64,000 nucleotides of DNA from Takakia lepidozioides (GCA_030704615.1 CM060734.1:30380001-30444000), one strand, 5' to 3'. Positions 13,433-25,158 are shown, numbered from the stretch's first letter. The notes: a model not told the origin generated them from the letters alone. Numbers and translations: made by a program.

Positions 13433-15595
13433 CTCAAGAAATATCAGCTCGAGTCTGTGAGTGTCAGGTTTGAGTTAGTTGATAGCACTTGTGTGTCTTC
13501 AGATGAGAAGCGACTCAGTTTAGAGTGCAGGGATCTGTGCATGAACCTATCCAAAGCGGATAGGGTGTAAAGGCGAACAGGTTGCATGTTTGCAATGGAT
13601 AGAGAGGCGGGCAGCCTTTGGTAAAGAACGGTGTTGCATAGCTCAATGCTATGACAACTAAGTGTGGTGAATGTGGAGCTGCGAGGATGCTACATGCGGG
13701 TCCCAACCTGTTGGAGCTTTACTTCAAGCTCACAAAGAGGTATGAGTGAAGAGAGGGGGTTGGTCCTTCTTGTGTGTAAATCAGTGCACTTTGTGGAGTT
13801 GGAGTTTCAATTTGAAACTCCAGCAGTGTAAGGACTCTTGGAGTGGCAAGAGCGGGGCTAGAAGGGCAACATCGAGGCGCCCTAGAGCCAGGGAATATGC
13901 ATGAGAAGTGCAAGTATACCAAGGTTACAAAGGTGTGTGATTTCAGCTTCATTTTGTGATTCATGGAGCAAGAAAGTTTGTTGGAAAGCAAAGAGCTTGT
14001 TTGGTAAGTTGGAGGCGCCTCTGGTGGGCCGTGAGAGCCCAAGAGAGCATGGCAGCAGACCTGGTGGCTCCATAGAAGCCATAGGTCGTCGACAGCAGGT
14101 GCAGAAGCAAACCCCAGCTCGGGGAGAGCTCAGGAACGCGTGGGAACGTCCCGGGAGTGATTGGGAACTCGTGGGGAGTTCTTGGGAATGTAGGGAACCG
14201 TGGCCGTGGCACTGATGGGTCGTGGGGCCGGTATCACGAGATACACGAGCCAGGCGCTGATCGTTGACCGTGACCGTGGCCGTGGGGAATCGTGGCGCGG
14301 ACACCAGAGGGGGGCACGGTGACCAAATCGTAAGAATGGCGGGCCGTGAAGGCTCGTGGGCGTGATACCACGGGGTATCATGGGGCAGCCCATGGCGGGT
14401 GTGCACCTAGGGCGGGCCGTGAGAAGTCGTGGCGTTGAGGGCCACAGAAGGCCACGAACAGGCAGAGTGGGGAAAAAAAAAAAAAAAAAAAAACTCGTGT
14501 CGTGTCGTGGGACCTTAATGGGGAGGCTGGGCTATGAAAAACAACGGTTTTGAGCTAGCTGATCTGGCAGAAAAGTCAGAATTGCCTCCCTGTTGCGTTT
14601 TAACAAAGGGGGTTACCTCCCTGCAGGTAATCTTTTGGGGTTTTCAGTCCAGTTCTTAACTATGAGGGAGACCACCCTGCAGGTAATTCCTTTGGACAAA
14701 TTGTTGTTGGGGCCTATATGTACCTCCATTTGCTCCAGTTTGAACCTTCAGTAAATGGCATGGTTTCCTCCATTCTAAGGAATGGCTGGTGGACATAAGG
14801 AGGCACTAGCGGATCCTGTGGAGGCTTGCATGGGGCCTTGGAGGCCAAGTTCCATAAGCTCGTGGAGGGCTGAGGAGTGTCTACAGGATACTTCTCATGG
14901 TTATACAAGTTAGAGAAGAGAGGAAAAAACGAGTGTTGGGATGAGGACATGCTGGGGATAGGCATTGCTTTAGCTTCCCTTCCTCATAGCTTTCCACCTT
15001 CTCTGTAGGCTGAGACCTTTCCGTAGATGGAGACAAGAGTCAGTCCAGGTTTGGGCTGGGGTGTCCTTGCAGGAGCGACACTGTGGAGTTGTTTTTGGTG
15101 TGGGGGAGTTGTTGTTTTCATTCTTGTGTTTGGATCCCCTCCACACCTACATGCTTGATTGTGCGCCATGTTTAGCTTTGTGTGGGCACTTGATTTTATA
15201 GGTGGTTGACTCGGATTTGATCACCGATCCAATCATAGAGCATGCTGTCGATGGCGAGGTGATGACCAGCCAGACCATCTTTGTTTCTCCTGTGGTGAGG
15301 TTGGAGGTGATGACCAGCCAACCATAGGAGTGCCTGCGCCCAAAGTACTTGAAATTTCACATCTCCCACATCGCGGGTCTAAAAATCATGAGACCAAGCC
15401 GGTGCACCCCTCCTCATCGAGGGCTTTCCAACGGCACCAAGCAACGGGGCTGGGGCCCCGCGGTTTGGAAGACCTCAATGACGATGCAAAACAAAACAAA
15501 CAAAACAAACGTCTCGCTTCTGGATGCAGGTGCAGGTGCAGACTATGTTAGGAACCTAGTATTCCAAACCATAAGCCGCAACAAGTTCTCTACCC

Positions 15596-18500
15596 TGTCA
15601 AGGTATTTTACCACTAGCGTGACGTTAGCTAGGAAATAGGTAGCTTTTATATATTGATATTTGGGATTGACCCAAGTGTCAATCCAGGGACCAATGTATG
15701 TTTGGGCACCTGGCGTGGTTATCTTCATGGCAGATCACGGTGGGCTCATCTTTCTTGAGTTGAGCCTCACCGCGTCTAGCTATGGCGCCGTAGTGTGGAT
15801 TCCCCATGGCGTGGGGTGCACTTGACTCGACTTAATATATGAGTGATGTTTTAATGTGCAAGTGTGTGAGTTTGAGAGAGCTTGTGTGCTTGTATTCTTC
15901 ATCTTTATCACTCGAGAAAGATCAGCTCGAGTCTGTGAGTGCCAGGTTCGAGCTAGTTGTAACAGTTGTGTTTTCAGATCATGAAAAGCGGTTCAGCCTA
16001 TAGTACAGGGATCCGTGCATGAGTCTATCCAAATAGAGTACGAAGGCGAACAGGTTGCAGGTTTGCAATGGATAGGGAGGCGATCAATGTTGCATAGCTC
16101 AACGCTATGGCGACTAAGTATGCGATTCAGTGTGAAGCGGAGGAAATGTTGGCCACGAGTGGGCAAACTGTGGTCGTCTTCTTCAGCTGCAGGCTGAGTT
16201 GAGGAGTTGTAGAAATGTGGGCGGTGCGCGGGGAAGCTACTGCAGCACAACCCGTCATTGCATCGCAGGTTGGCAACGGTATGAGGGCCATTGGTTGCTG
16301 ACCCAAAAGCACTCGCTTTGGGGCCCACGAACTGCAGGTATGATCATGGTGTGGAAGAGTAGAAGTCCAAGCGAGAGGGCTGGTTCTTCTTTTGTGCAAA
16401 TCAGTGCACTTGTGAAGCATTTGCCTGAGTTGGAAGTTTCAATCTGAAACTCTAGCACTAAGGCTCTTGGAGTGGCAAGAGTGGGGCTGGAAGGGTAGCA
16501 ACAAGGCGCCCTAGAGCCAGGGAATATGCATGAGAGATGCAAGTGCACCAAGGTGGCAAATGTGTGTATTTTTCAGCTTCATTTTGTGAGTTTCATGGAG
16601 CAAGAGAGTTTGTTGGAGAGCCAAGAGCTTGTTTGGTGAGTTGGGGGCACCTCTGGTGGGCCGTGAGAGCCCAAGAGCATGGCAGCAGGTCTGGTGGCTT
16701 CGTAGAAACCATAGTTCATCGGCAGCAGGTGCAAGAGCAAACTCTAGCTCGGGAAGAGCTCGGGAACGTGTGGGAATGCCCGAGAATGCCTTGGGAACAC
16801 GTGGGAAACTCGTGGCGAGTTCCTAGGAATGTAGGGGAACAGTGGCCGTGGTCGTGACGTGATGGGTCGTGGTGCCGGTATCACGAGATACCACGGGCCC
16901 TGGTCGTGGTCGTGGACCGTGGACTGTGGCCGTGTCGTGGTTGTGGTGCCAATGTGTGCATCTTGACAGTTTATCATGTGCAAGAGAAAGCAAAGAGGAG
17001 ATTGTTTCAGACTTTCAGCCAGAACTTGATCTATTTCCAGCGTCTTGCAAACACATTCAGGACCTGAAAGAATCACCCCCTTTGTGGCCTACGTTTTGGC
17101 AGTTTGGATTGTGTGGACAGTGCCCTGGAAACTTTATTGAAGATTATTAGAGGGGAAAAATTTAAAATCCTTGAGTGCCCGAGTTCTGCCATCCAATGCT
17201 TTGTGATTAATTAGATTTGGTTAGTGTCTACGCCAAGGCAATGGTGGATGTTTTTCCACTGAGCATCTCTATGTTGACTGTCCTGTTCTGTGCTGCACTT
17301 ATTCTAGGCCTTGCAAAATTTCAAAGGAAATGGTTCTGACTTTACCATGCTACAGGGATGCCACGAACCCAGGCCGTGGTAGTGGCCGTTGAGGGGTCGT
17401 GGCACGAGGGTATCACGGGAGGCGCTTGGGGCCGGTTCGTGCCTATGGCAGGCCGTGGCCGGGAAGCATGGGAAGTCGTGGCGGTTAGAGCCACGGAAGG
17501 CCGCGAACAGGCAGAGTGAAAAAAAATAAAAAAAAATAAAAAAAAACTTTTTTCACTCATTTCGTGGGACCTAGATGGGGAGGCTGGGGTCTGAAAGACA
17601 ACGGTTTTGAGCTAGCTGATCCGACAAAAAAGTCGGAATTGCCTCCCCGTTGCGTTTTGAGAAAGGGGGTTACCTCCCTGCAGGTAATCTTTTTGGGTTT
17701 TCAGCCCAATTCTTAACTATGGGGGAGACCAGCCTGCAGGTAATTCCTTTGGACAGAATGTTGTTGGGGCCTATATGTACCTCGACCCTGTGGAGGCTTG
17801 CATGGGGCCTTGGAGGCCAAGTTTCATGAGCTCGTGAAGGGCGGTTTGAGGGGTGTCTACATGATGCTCTCATGGTCATGCAAGTGAGAGAAGAGAGGAA
17901 AAAAAAAGGTGTTGGGATGAGAGCGTGCTGGGGATAGGCATTGCTTTAGCTTCCCTTCCTCATAGCTTTCCACCTTCTCTGTAGGCCGAGACCTTTCCGT
18001 AGGTGGAGGCAAGAGTCAGTCCGGGTTTTGGGCTGGGTTGCAGGAGCGACACTGTGGAGAGATTTTTGGTGTGGGGGAGTTGTTGTCTTGATTTCTTGTG
18101 TTTGGATCCCCTCCACACCTGCATGCTTGATTGTGCGCCATGCTAGTTTTGTGTGGGCGCTTGTTTTTATAGGTGGTTGACTCAGGCTTGATCGCCGATC
18201 CGACTCTAGAGCATGCTGTCGATGGTGAGGCTGGGTTGATGACCAGTCAGACCATCTTTGTTTCTCCTGTGGTGAGGTTGGAAGTTATGACCAGCCAACC
18301 ATAGGAGTGCCTGCGGTGGATGCAGGTGCAGGTGTAGACTATGTTAGGAACCTAGTATTCCAAACCATAAGCCGCATCAAGTTCTCTACCCGGTTACCTT
18401 GTGGAGAAGGGGTTAGGGACATGTTCATGACCGGTTGAGTGTTAGTTTGTCAACACGGAGGTGCCACTAGTTGCTGGGAAAAGTGACGGTACGAGCATTA

Positions 18501-20298
18501 GCGATACTAGCGGGTACACGAGACGAGGTGTGCGGTTTAGGCCACCTTCACCTCCTGTGTCTTCTACGGAAGGTTCTGATTCGGATTGTGAATTAGGAGG
18601 ACTCACACTGGCGGTGCAAGTTATTTCCTTGCCATTGTTGTGGGACACAATGGAGGAGATGTATGGAGCTACCAAGGGGGCCATGATGGTACTCTGGGGC
18701 GGTGGGTTACCATCGAGTTGGATGATTTCATTCAAGAGTTTGATAGTTGGTGTGACTTGTAGCAAATGCGCAATCCACAACTGTTTACGCCTTTCATGGC
18801 ATGGAAGGGGTTGTTTCAGCACCTTGAGGGGTCGCCCATGGATGATTACCATGAGTTTAGGCGAGGGCATGATGTTGAGATCGAGGAGTGGAGGATGTAC
18901 TGGGCACCCGACTATGTCTCCATCATTAGAGGCACTAGAGGGACAAGGGCCCCGACACAACTTTACACAGCCCGTCACAGTCTATCACAGCCAGACACAG
19001 TCTGACACAGCCCGACACAACTTTACACAGCCAGTCACAGCTCGGCACAGCTTGACACAGCCTGTCACAGTGTACATAGTGAACAATTATCATTGACAGG
19101 GAACGACTATGTGGGAACGCCATCTACAGAGGGAACATGTTACTTCAGGGGTGACGGTTAGTTAGTTAGGTGGCTAGAACAGCTTGCGGGTAGATTAGGC
19201 AGGGCGGCAACAGGAAGAGGATCACTTCTTGAGGAGGGCGACTTGTTCAGGAAAAGGGAGACGTAACGGAGAGCGGAAACAGTGAAGAGGAGATGATGAC
19301 TTGATTGAGGCTTAATTCATGCAAGCTGTAAAATTATACAATAGGGTAGATTAGGGACACCATGGCATAGGCATGATACATGATTAATCTTAATCCGATA
19401 CTGAATCGATACAAACATACTTTGTAGAGAGACATGAGAGAAGCTATGGAATGAATGCATGATTAATTGAAACATAGTAGATACTGAAGCAATCTGATGC
19501 TTCAGTATATATGGTAAGGTAAATTGATAACATGAAGGCAAGAACGAATACAAATAGGAAGCACAACCATGATTCACTAGCTGTAGGTCATGACTGATTG
19601 TTCTGAGCGGGCTGAGTGCTTAGAGATATCCAATTCTTCTATCTTGGAGTTTCCACCTCGGATAGCGAAGGGATGGGTGAGTAAAAGCTGCTTGACAGAG
19701 GCCCAGTGTTATGGTTTACATCCTGAGTTGTGCCCAGGCCAGTTCCAAGGGAACAGTGGTGGCCGGGGGTGAGGTGGAGCAGCCCAGAAAGGACGAGGTG
19801 GCTAGGCACGAGGTGCAGGCCTGCAAGGGCAAGCTCAACATGGCCAGGGACGTGGAGGTCAGGATGTTGACCAAGGCATGGCCAACCGGCTTCAGCAGCT
19901 AGAGCAGAGGCTTGCTGTCATGGCAATAGCTCAGGTGGTACCAGCTCCAAGGCCTGATGGTCCACCTCCTGCTCTTGAGGGAGGAGACATGGGAAGCATG
20001 GGATTTATGTGCGGGGCAGCACTACCACTAGTGCAGGTGGAGTCTGCTGCTGTTCCTCAGTCATTAACATTGGCGGAGAGAGTGTCGACGCCATCCATGG
20101 CACCCAGTTCTCGTCCGACTGTTATCGAGGCGGAGGTTACTATGCCATTAGGGAGAGCTACATGAGTGGCACCACTACCTAGTAGTGCCAAGGCTATGAT
20201 AGCTAGTGTGCTGCTGGGGGCGGCCACATCTGTGTGCCAGGCTCCATTGTTCTTGGCTACCATGATTGTGACGCCGGGGGTAAGACCAGCTGAAGTGT
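15596..20298 (+). mobile_element. Split-repeat family, copy c (5' part: A1 15596-15910, long leader, gag fragments), inserted in copy a just upstream of its gag
   Basis: Starts TGTCAAGG right after ..TCTCTACCC of copy a; leader homologous to 13123-15595; gag homologous to copy b (18440-18950, 19698-20298); 3' end lost. Confidence 0.75.
18951..19697 (-). mobile_element. Probable divergent relative (copy d), 5' fragment inserted antisense in gag of copy c
   Basis: Minus strand begins TGTCAAGCAGCTTTTAC (cf. TGTCAAGTTATTTTAC) and carries the same CACAGCC repeat as copy b in the same relative orientation (18951-19070). Confidence 0.55.
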
Positions 20299-20769
20299 GC
20301 CATTGCACAGGTGTTGCACACATATTTAAGCACATGTGGGAAAAAATGAAGCTTGAGCCACATCCGTTTGATGGGTGCAATGGCATGAGAGGATTTTCTT
20401 TCACATTAATAAACAAAAATTGGTTGATAGGGTGAACGCGTCCTTGAGGGGGCAAATGATTTTGTTTGGGTTTGAAACTTTGCATACGTGACGTTGTGCA
20501 CATATGTCCGTATGTTCAGGACTTTGTCCCTCCCTTCCCGGTCCTTTCTCTTGGCACCCCATCCGAAAACAACCCAAGTACATCAGGTGGGAGCCGTGGG
20601 AGAGACGCTGCCCCCATGGTACCGGATGATGATGACGATGACAGTGACAGTGACAGTGACAGTGACAACAACAATAAGCATGGAATTAACCAGGAGGATG
20701 TGCAAGCCATGGAGGATCTCTTAATGCATCATGTGGGCGCTGATGCATCCCATGGAGAGGGAACCCGGC

Positions 20770-21355
20770 TGTCGTGCGCATACATATCGCTACACAACTA
20801 CATCGCTGTCCAAAACCACACAACACATGTGCATACCACACACTAGTATACCACTAGTCTACCACTAGTCCAGCCACTAGTCCAACCACTAGGCTACAAC
20901 TAGTCAGTCACTAGGCTGCCACTACGCTGCCCACTATGGCAGTCACTAGTCCACACAATCGAGCCCCGCAGCTTCAGCCATAGCTAGGCGCGGTGAGGCT
21001 CAACTCGAGAAAGATGAGCCTCCCGCGCTTGCCGTGAAGATAACCACTCCAGGGCCTAAATCTGCCTTGACCCCTGGATTGACACTTGGGCCAATCCCAA
21101 ATGTCAATATGTAAAAGCTAGCTATTTCCTAGTTAGTTTCACACTAGTGGTAAAATAACTTGACAGCTGTCGTGCGCATACATATCGCTACACAACTACA
21201 TCGCTGTCCAAAACCACACAACACATGTGCACACCACACACTAGTATACCACTAGTCCACCACTAGTCCAGCCACTAGTCCAACCACTAGGCTACAACTA
21301 GTCAGTCACTAGGCTGCCACTATGTTGCCCACTATGACAGTCACTAGTCCACACA
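20770..21355 (-). repeat. B1-A2-B2 terminal repeat block of copy b
   Basis: Two 188-bp B repeats flank a 189-bp A repeat; palindrome GACAGCTGTC at 21162-21171. Confidence 0.9.
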
Positions 21356-21370
21356 ATCGCCCCCCTAGCT
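21356..21370 (-). promoter_or_regulatory. Polypurine tract of copy b
   Basis: AGCTAGGGGGGCGAT directly before TGTG of B1; same motif at 39528-39542 in copy a. Confidence 0.75.
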
Positions 21371-21615
21371 GGTGCTTAGGTCCCTCTAAGTCCAGGTAGC
21401 CACAAGATGTGATAGTGACCATAGCCTCACTAAGTCCTCCACCACTATCCCTACTACACTCAAACTCGATAGATCAAGAGGCCGGGTGCAAGAGTTGCCC
21501 CATCGTTAGTCACCGTCTTGCAACCTGTGAACTTGAGCTTGGGATCTCATGTATTGACTCCTATGAGCTTGGCCTCCCATGTCTTATTAGCTACCTCCAG
21601 TCATGTCCACTGCCA

Positions 21616-21925
21616 CTATCCCAAGCAGTGTGGACACAACCAATCTCCGTCAGGAACCTTCTCAAGAGGTGGTGTCAAGCATCCCATATGCCAACCCCTT
21701 GAGCATCGATCACACACCAGCATGGTGGCTGCCCCTTTGGCAGACCCACTGAGCATGCACCTCAAACCTGCAGGTACCACTGCCAAGTGTCAACTCTGCC
21801 ATCGACATTGGGAAGGTGACATGGCGCACAATTACGTACATGGTCCTTCCAAGTCATGCCATCCCGACCCTCTAAGATCAGGACCCCTGAGGGCAACACC
21901 TCTCGAACCCTCAGAATAACACGCC
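21616..21925 (-). pseudogene. Integrase C-terminal region with PHD finger (copy b)
   Basis: RVILRVREVLPSGVLILEGRDG..; CMLSGSAKGAATMLVCDRCSRGWHMGCLTPPLEKVPDGDWLCPHC at 21759-21625. Confidence 0.85.
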
Positions 21926-23382
21926 TTGACCAAACCCGGTCGATGCACAACCTGAAAGTCATACTCCTGGAGTATAAGTGCCCACCGTGCAAGCTTCCCC
22001 GTAAGCTTGTCTGACTCCATCAACCACTTGAGTGGCTGGTGATCCGTGACAAGGGTGAAAAGATTGCCGTATAGATAGCACCTGAAGTGTGCCACGACCC
22101 ACACTGCAGCTAAGCACTCTCCCTCATATGAGCTGTACTTAGCCTCTGCAGCGTTGTTCGAGCGGCTAGCATAAGCCACTACGAACTCTCTTCCCTCATC
22201 ATCCACCTGTGTGAGCACCGCTCCAAGCCCCAGCATGCTCCAATCCATACGCAGCTGAAAGGGACGCCCCCTGATAGGTCGTCTCAGGATAGGCGCCGAG
22301 GTCAACCTCGCCTTGAGCTCTTGAAAAGCTCGTTCCTGCTCATCTTCCCACTGCCACTCCTGGTCCACCTTGGTCAGCTTGGTTAGAGCCTTTGCAATGG
22401 TACTAAATCCCTTGACAAACCGTCTATAATAGTTTGCCAACCCCATGAAAGCTCGAACTCGGCTCACATCCGTGGGGCGTGGAATTTGTGCAATGGCCTC
22501 TACCTTAGTCTGCTGTACCCCCAATCCTCCAGGATATATCATGTGACCCAGATACTCAATCTGGTTGTGGAAAAACTTGCACTTCCCCGGATGCAACTTC
22601 AATCCGTGCGCTCTCAAGCGCTCCAATACCACCTGAAGGTATCTCTCATGCTCCTCCATCGTAACACTAAAGATGATGATGTCATCTATGTAGCACCGAG
22701 CAAAGTCCACCCCTGCTAGAATCCTATCCATGACTCTCTGAAACACTGCAGGAGCATTCTTAAGCCCAAATGGTAAGAACCGCCACTGATATAGGCAATC
22801 CTTGCCGTGCTCATTGATCCCCCAGAATGCCGTCTTCTGCTTGTCCGCCTCCTTGATTGGCAACTAGTGATATCTGGATCGTAAATCCAAAGTGCTAAAG
22901 GCCTTAGCATGCCCGATGGCATCAAAGATTTCCTCTGGTGTTGGCATGGCATACTTATCGGACTTGGTCTGACGATTTACAGGCCGGTAATCACCGCACA
23001 TACGTCTCTCCGTCCAATTGCCATAGACATCCTTCTTGGCTGGCATCACTGTGGCTGAAGCATACTCTCCACCAGAGAGCTCCACCAAACCTGCCTCCCA
23101 GAGATCTTGAGTCCTCATCTGAATCAAAGACCTCTCCATGTCACTGTATCTATAGGGTCTCCAAAAGATTGGCGTGTCAGTGGCCAACTCAATACGGATC
23201 TCTTGACCCTTCAGTGCTCCCAAGTCCTTCAAACTGAAGGCAAAGCAATTCCTATAAGCCCTTAGGAACCGCCGTATACGTCGTCTCTCTCCTCCGGTGA
23301 CAATGGGTCCAATGTCAGGCTCCCAATTGTCCTCCGTAACTGCAACCTTAAGTCCAGTGGGCTTAGAGGCGTCCAGTGGTTG
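21926..23382 (-). pseudogene. pol: Reverse transcriptase and RNase H of copy b
   Basis: RMCGDYRPVN, LDLRSRYH*, LPFGLKNAP, CYIDDIII, DWSMLGLGAVL, YEGECLAAVW, VTDHQPL; one in-frame TAG at 22864-22866. Confidence 0.95.
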
Positions 23383-25158
23383 CTATGTTGCAACCTCTTG
23401 AGCAGTACTCCCTACCTGCTCAGTCAATGACAAGGGCTCATCCTGCCCCATCATCTCATCCTTGAGGACCTCCTCAACCCGAGAAGAATCCCCAACCTCA
23501 TCCATCACAGCCGCCTTGGCTGCCAACTCCCTCTGAACCTCGAGCACCTCCCACGTGTGCCATGGATGCATGCACCCCGTGGTCCTCACATGCTCGCCCC
23601 CACTCACTGCTTGTACAGTCTCGGTAGGCAGAGAGACCATTGAGGGAAGTGTACTCCGCACTCTGTGTTGCTCAGCCAGAGCCAAGCTGATAATCCAGGT
23701 CAAGCAATTGAGATCCATTGCTTGCCCCAACACTTGACGACGGGATGCCTCAGAAAGAGACGACACCGCCGTGGTACCAGTGGTAAAACCCATTGCCCGC
23801 TCACGCTCATCAGCATTAGGCTCCACTAACTGCTGCAACTGAGCATCCCACAGGAGGCCAGGTCCACTATCCGGGAAAGCATGCGATCCTGGGAAGCTGA
23901 GCAGTGTAGGTAATGCTGCTCGTGGTTGACCCACCTTGTTGACCACTGCCAAAGGCGAACGGTCATCATGTCTCACACGCTGAGACTGCCTCCCTGTGTC
24001 CAGAATGTTATCCACTGTGAGATGTGCTGGCCGCTGCACCCCATCAAATGCACGCTTGAGCAGTGCGGGTGGCATCAAGTTAGTCCACCATAGTTGTGGA
24101 CGATGAGCCCGTGACCCCACTGTAGCTGCATCTAGCAACACTGCTGACCCAAGCCACGACCGGACTTGATGCACACTGGCCATCACCCTGGCCCAAGAAT
24201 CGCCCATCAGTGGCACATTCTCCAAGATGTATGCTGGAGATACAGCTTGATGAAGCTGCAAGTGGCGCAAAACCCGCACCATCTCCCAAAACAGACCCGA
24301 CCTCGAGTCTCGCAATCCATTGCCATGCCTAGCTGATGAATGCCCTTGGCAGGGCCAACCTGCCACTACCAGATCAATGGAACCAACCCGCTCCAAATCC
24401 TGCGCCCCCGGCAACGAAATGTTTGCTGGCAAGGCCTGCTGATATCCACGAATTGCAGACACCGACAACAACTCCGGGTACCGCTGCACCAACTGAGCAA
24501 CATGGCGAAGTGAAACGCGTCGTGTAGTCTCATCCTTCTCCACATACAGGTAACGCCGAACTCGTACACCTGCTTGTAACACAGCAGCCAATCCGGTGCT
24601 GATCCCGCCAAACAAGTCTAGAAGACAAATGTCTTCATCCGGATACTGCCACACAATAGGTGTGGTGTCCAATGGAGACAATTGAGGTGGTCCTGGTGCA
24701 ATCCCCACACTCTCCTCCTCTCCTGACGGTACAAAAGCCTCCACCCAGGCTTGTTGCACCCGTCGATCAGCATCCCGCTGCAAATCCTTGCTCGTGCCCA
24801 ACAATGGAGTCTGAGCAACCATGGTAGGCAACTCCGCCATACCATACATATCATCCTGCTCTCCCGGAGGTGGTACATCCTCTGAATGAGCATTGCCCTC
24901 AAGCAACTCTCTAGGCCAACTCACTGCCGCTGTGAATGCTGCTAGTGTCGGCATCTTGCCTCGCTGGGCAACCGCAACTCCTCCTATGAACGTCACAGGG
25001 AGCTGCACATGCCGGCCCTCCCCTGACTGCCATGCAGGCCTATAGGAAGCTGACTCCTCCCAAAAATCTAGGGTGAAGCCCATGGGGTACAACACTGCCC
25101 CACCAACCAGGACATCGTATGAGACTGCGTCTGTCACAATGGCCTTGGCTCGCATCAC
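23383..25158 (-). CDS. Polyprotein segment: protease C-terminus plus DNMT3-like DNA (cytosine-5) methyltransferase domain (~24630-23680)
   Basis: Motif I LDLFGGISTG, II YVEKD, IV DLVVAGWPCQGHS, V SGLFWEMVRVL, VI YILENV, VIII DAATVGSRAHRPQLWWTNL, IX ERERAMGF..GTT, X RRQVLGQAM. Same frame as RT and RH. Confidence 0.93.
   Translation of the reverse strand: MMRAKAIVTDAVSYDVLVGGAVLYPMGFTLDFWEESASYRPAWQSGEGRHVQLPVTFIGGVAVAQRGKMPTLAAFTAAVSWPRELLEGNAHSEDVPPPGEQDDMYGMAELPTMVAQTPLLGTSKDLQRDADRRVQQAWVEAFVPSGEEESVGIAPGPPQLSPLDTTPIVWQYPDEDICLLDLFGGISTGLAAVLQAGVRVRRYLYVEKDETTRRVSLRHVAQLVQRYPELLSVSAIRGYQQALPANISLPGAQDLERVGSIDLVVAGWPCQGHSSARHGNGLRDSRSGLFWEMVRVLRHLQLHQAVSPAYILENVPLMGDSWARVMASVHQVRSWLGSAVLLDAATVGSRAHRPQLWWTNLMPPALLKRAFDGVQRPAHLTVDNILDTGRQSQRVRHDDRSPLAVVNKVGQPRAALPTLLSFPGSHAFPDSGPGLLWDAQLQQLVEPNADERERAMGFTTGTTAVSSLSEASRRQVLGQAMDLNCLTWIISLALAEQHRVRSTLPSMVSLPTETVQAVSGGEHVRTTGCMHPWHTWEVLEVQRELAAKAAVMDEVGDSSRVEEVLKDEMMGQDEPLSLTEQVGSTAQEVAT

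Noticed and set aside
13123-18391. Two ~2.5-kb units as a pair of long LTRs or a simple tandem duplication
   Set aside because: They abut with no internal region, are clearly diverged, and only the first ~310 bp recurs at the 3' end; better explained as nested copies a and c.
13119-20769. CpG-specific target preference (TSDs CGTA and CGGC)
   Set aside because: Only two sites. The other two family termini abut ACCC and GAGG, so there is too little data.
23680-24630. DNMT as a host gene or bacterial contamination
   Set aside because: Intronless, in frame with RT and RNase H, and enclosed by element termini and a TSD.
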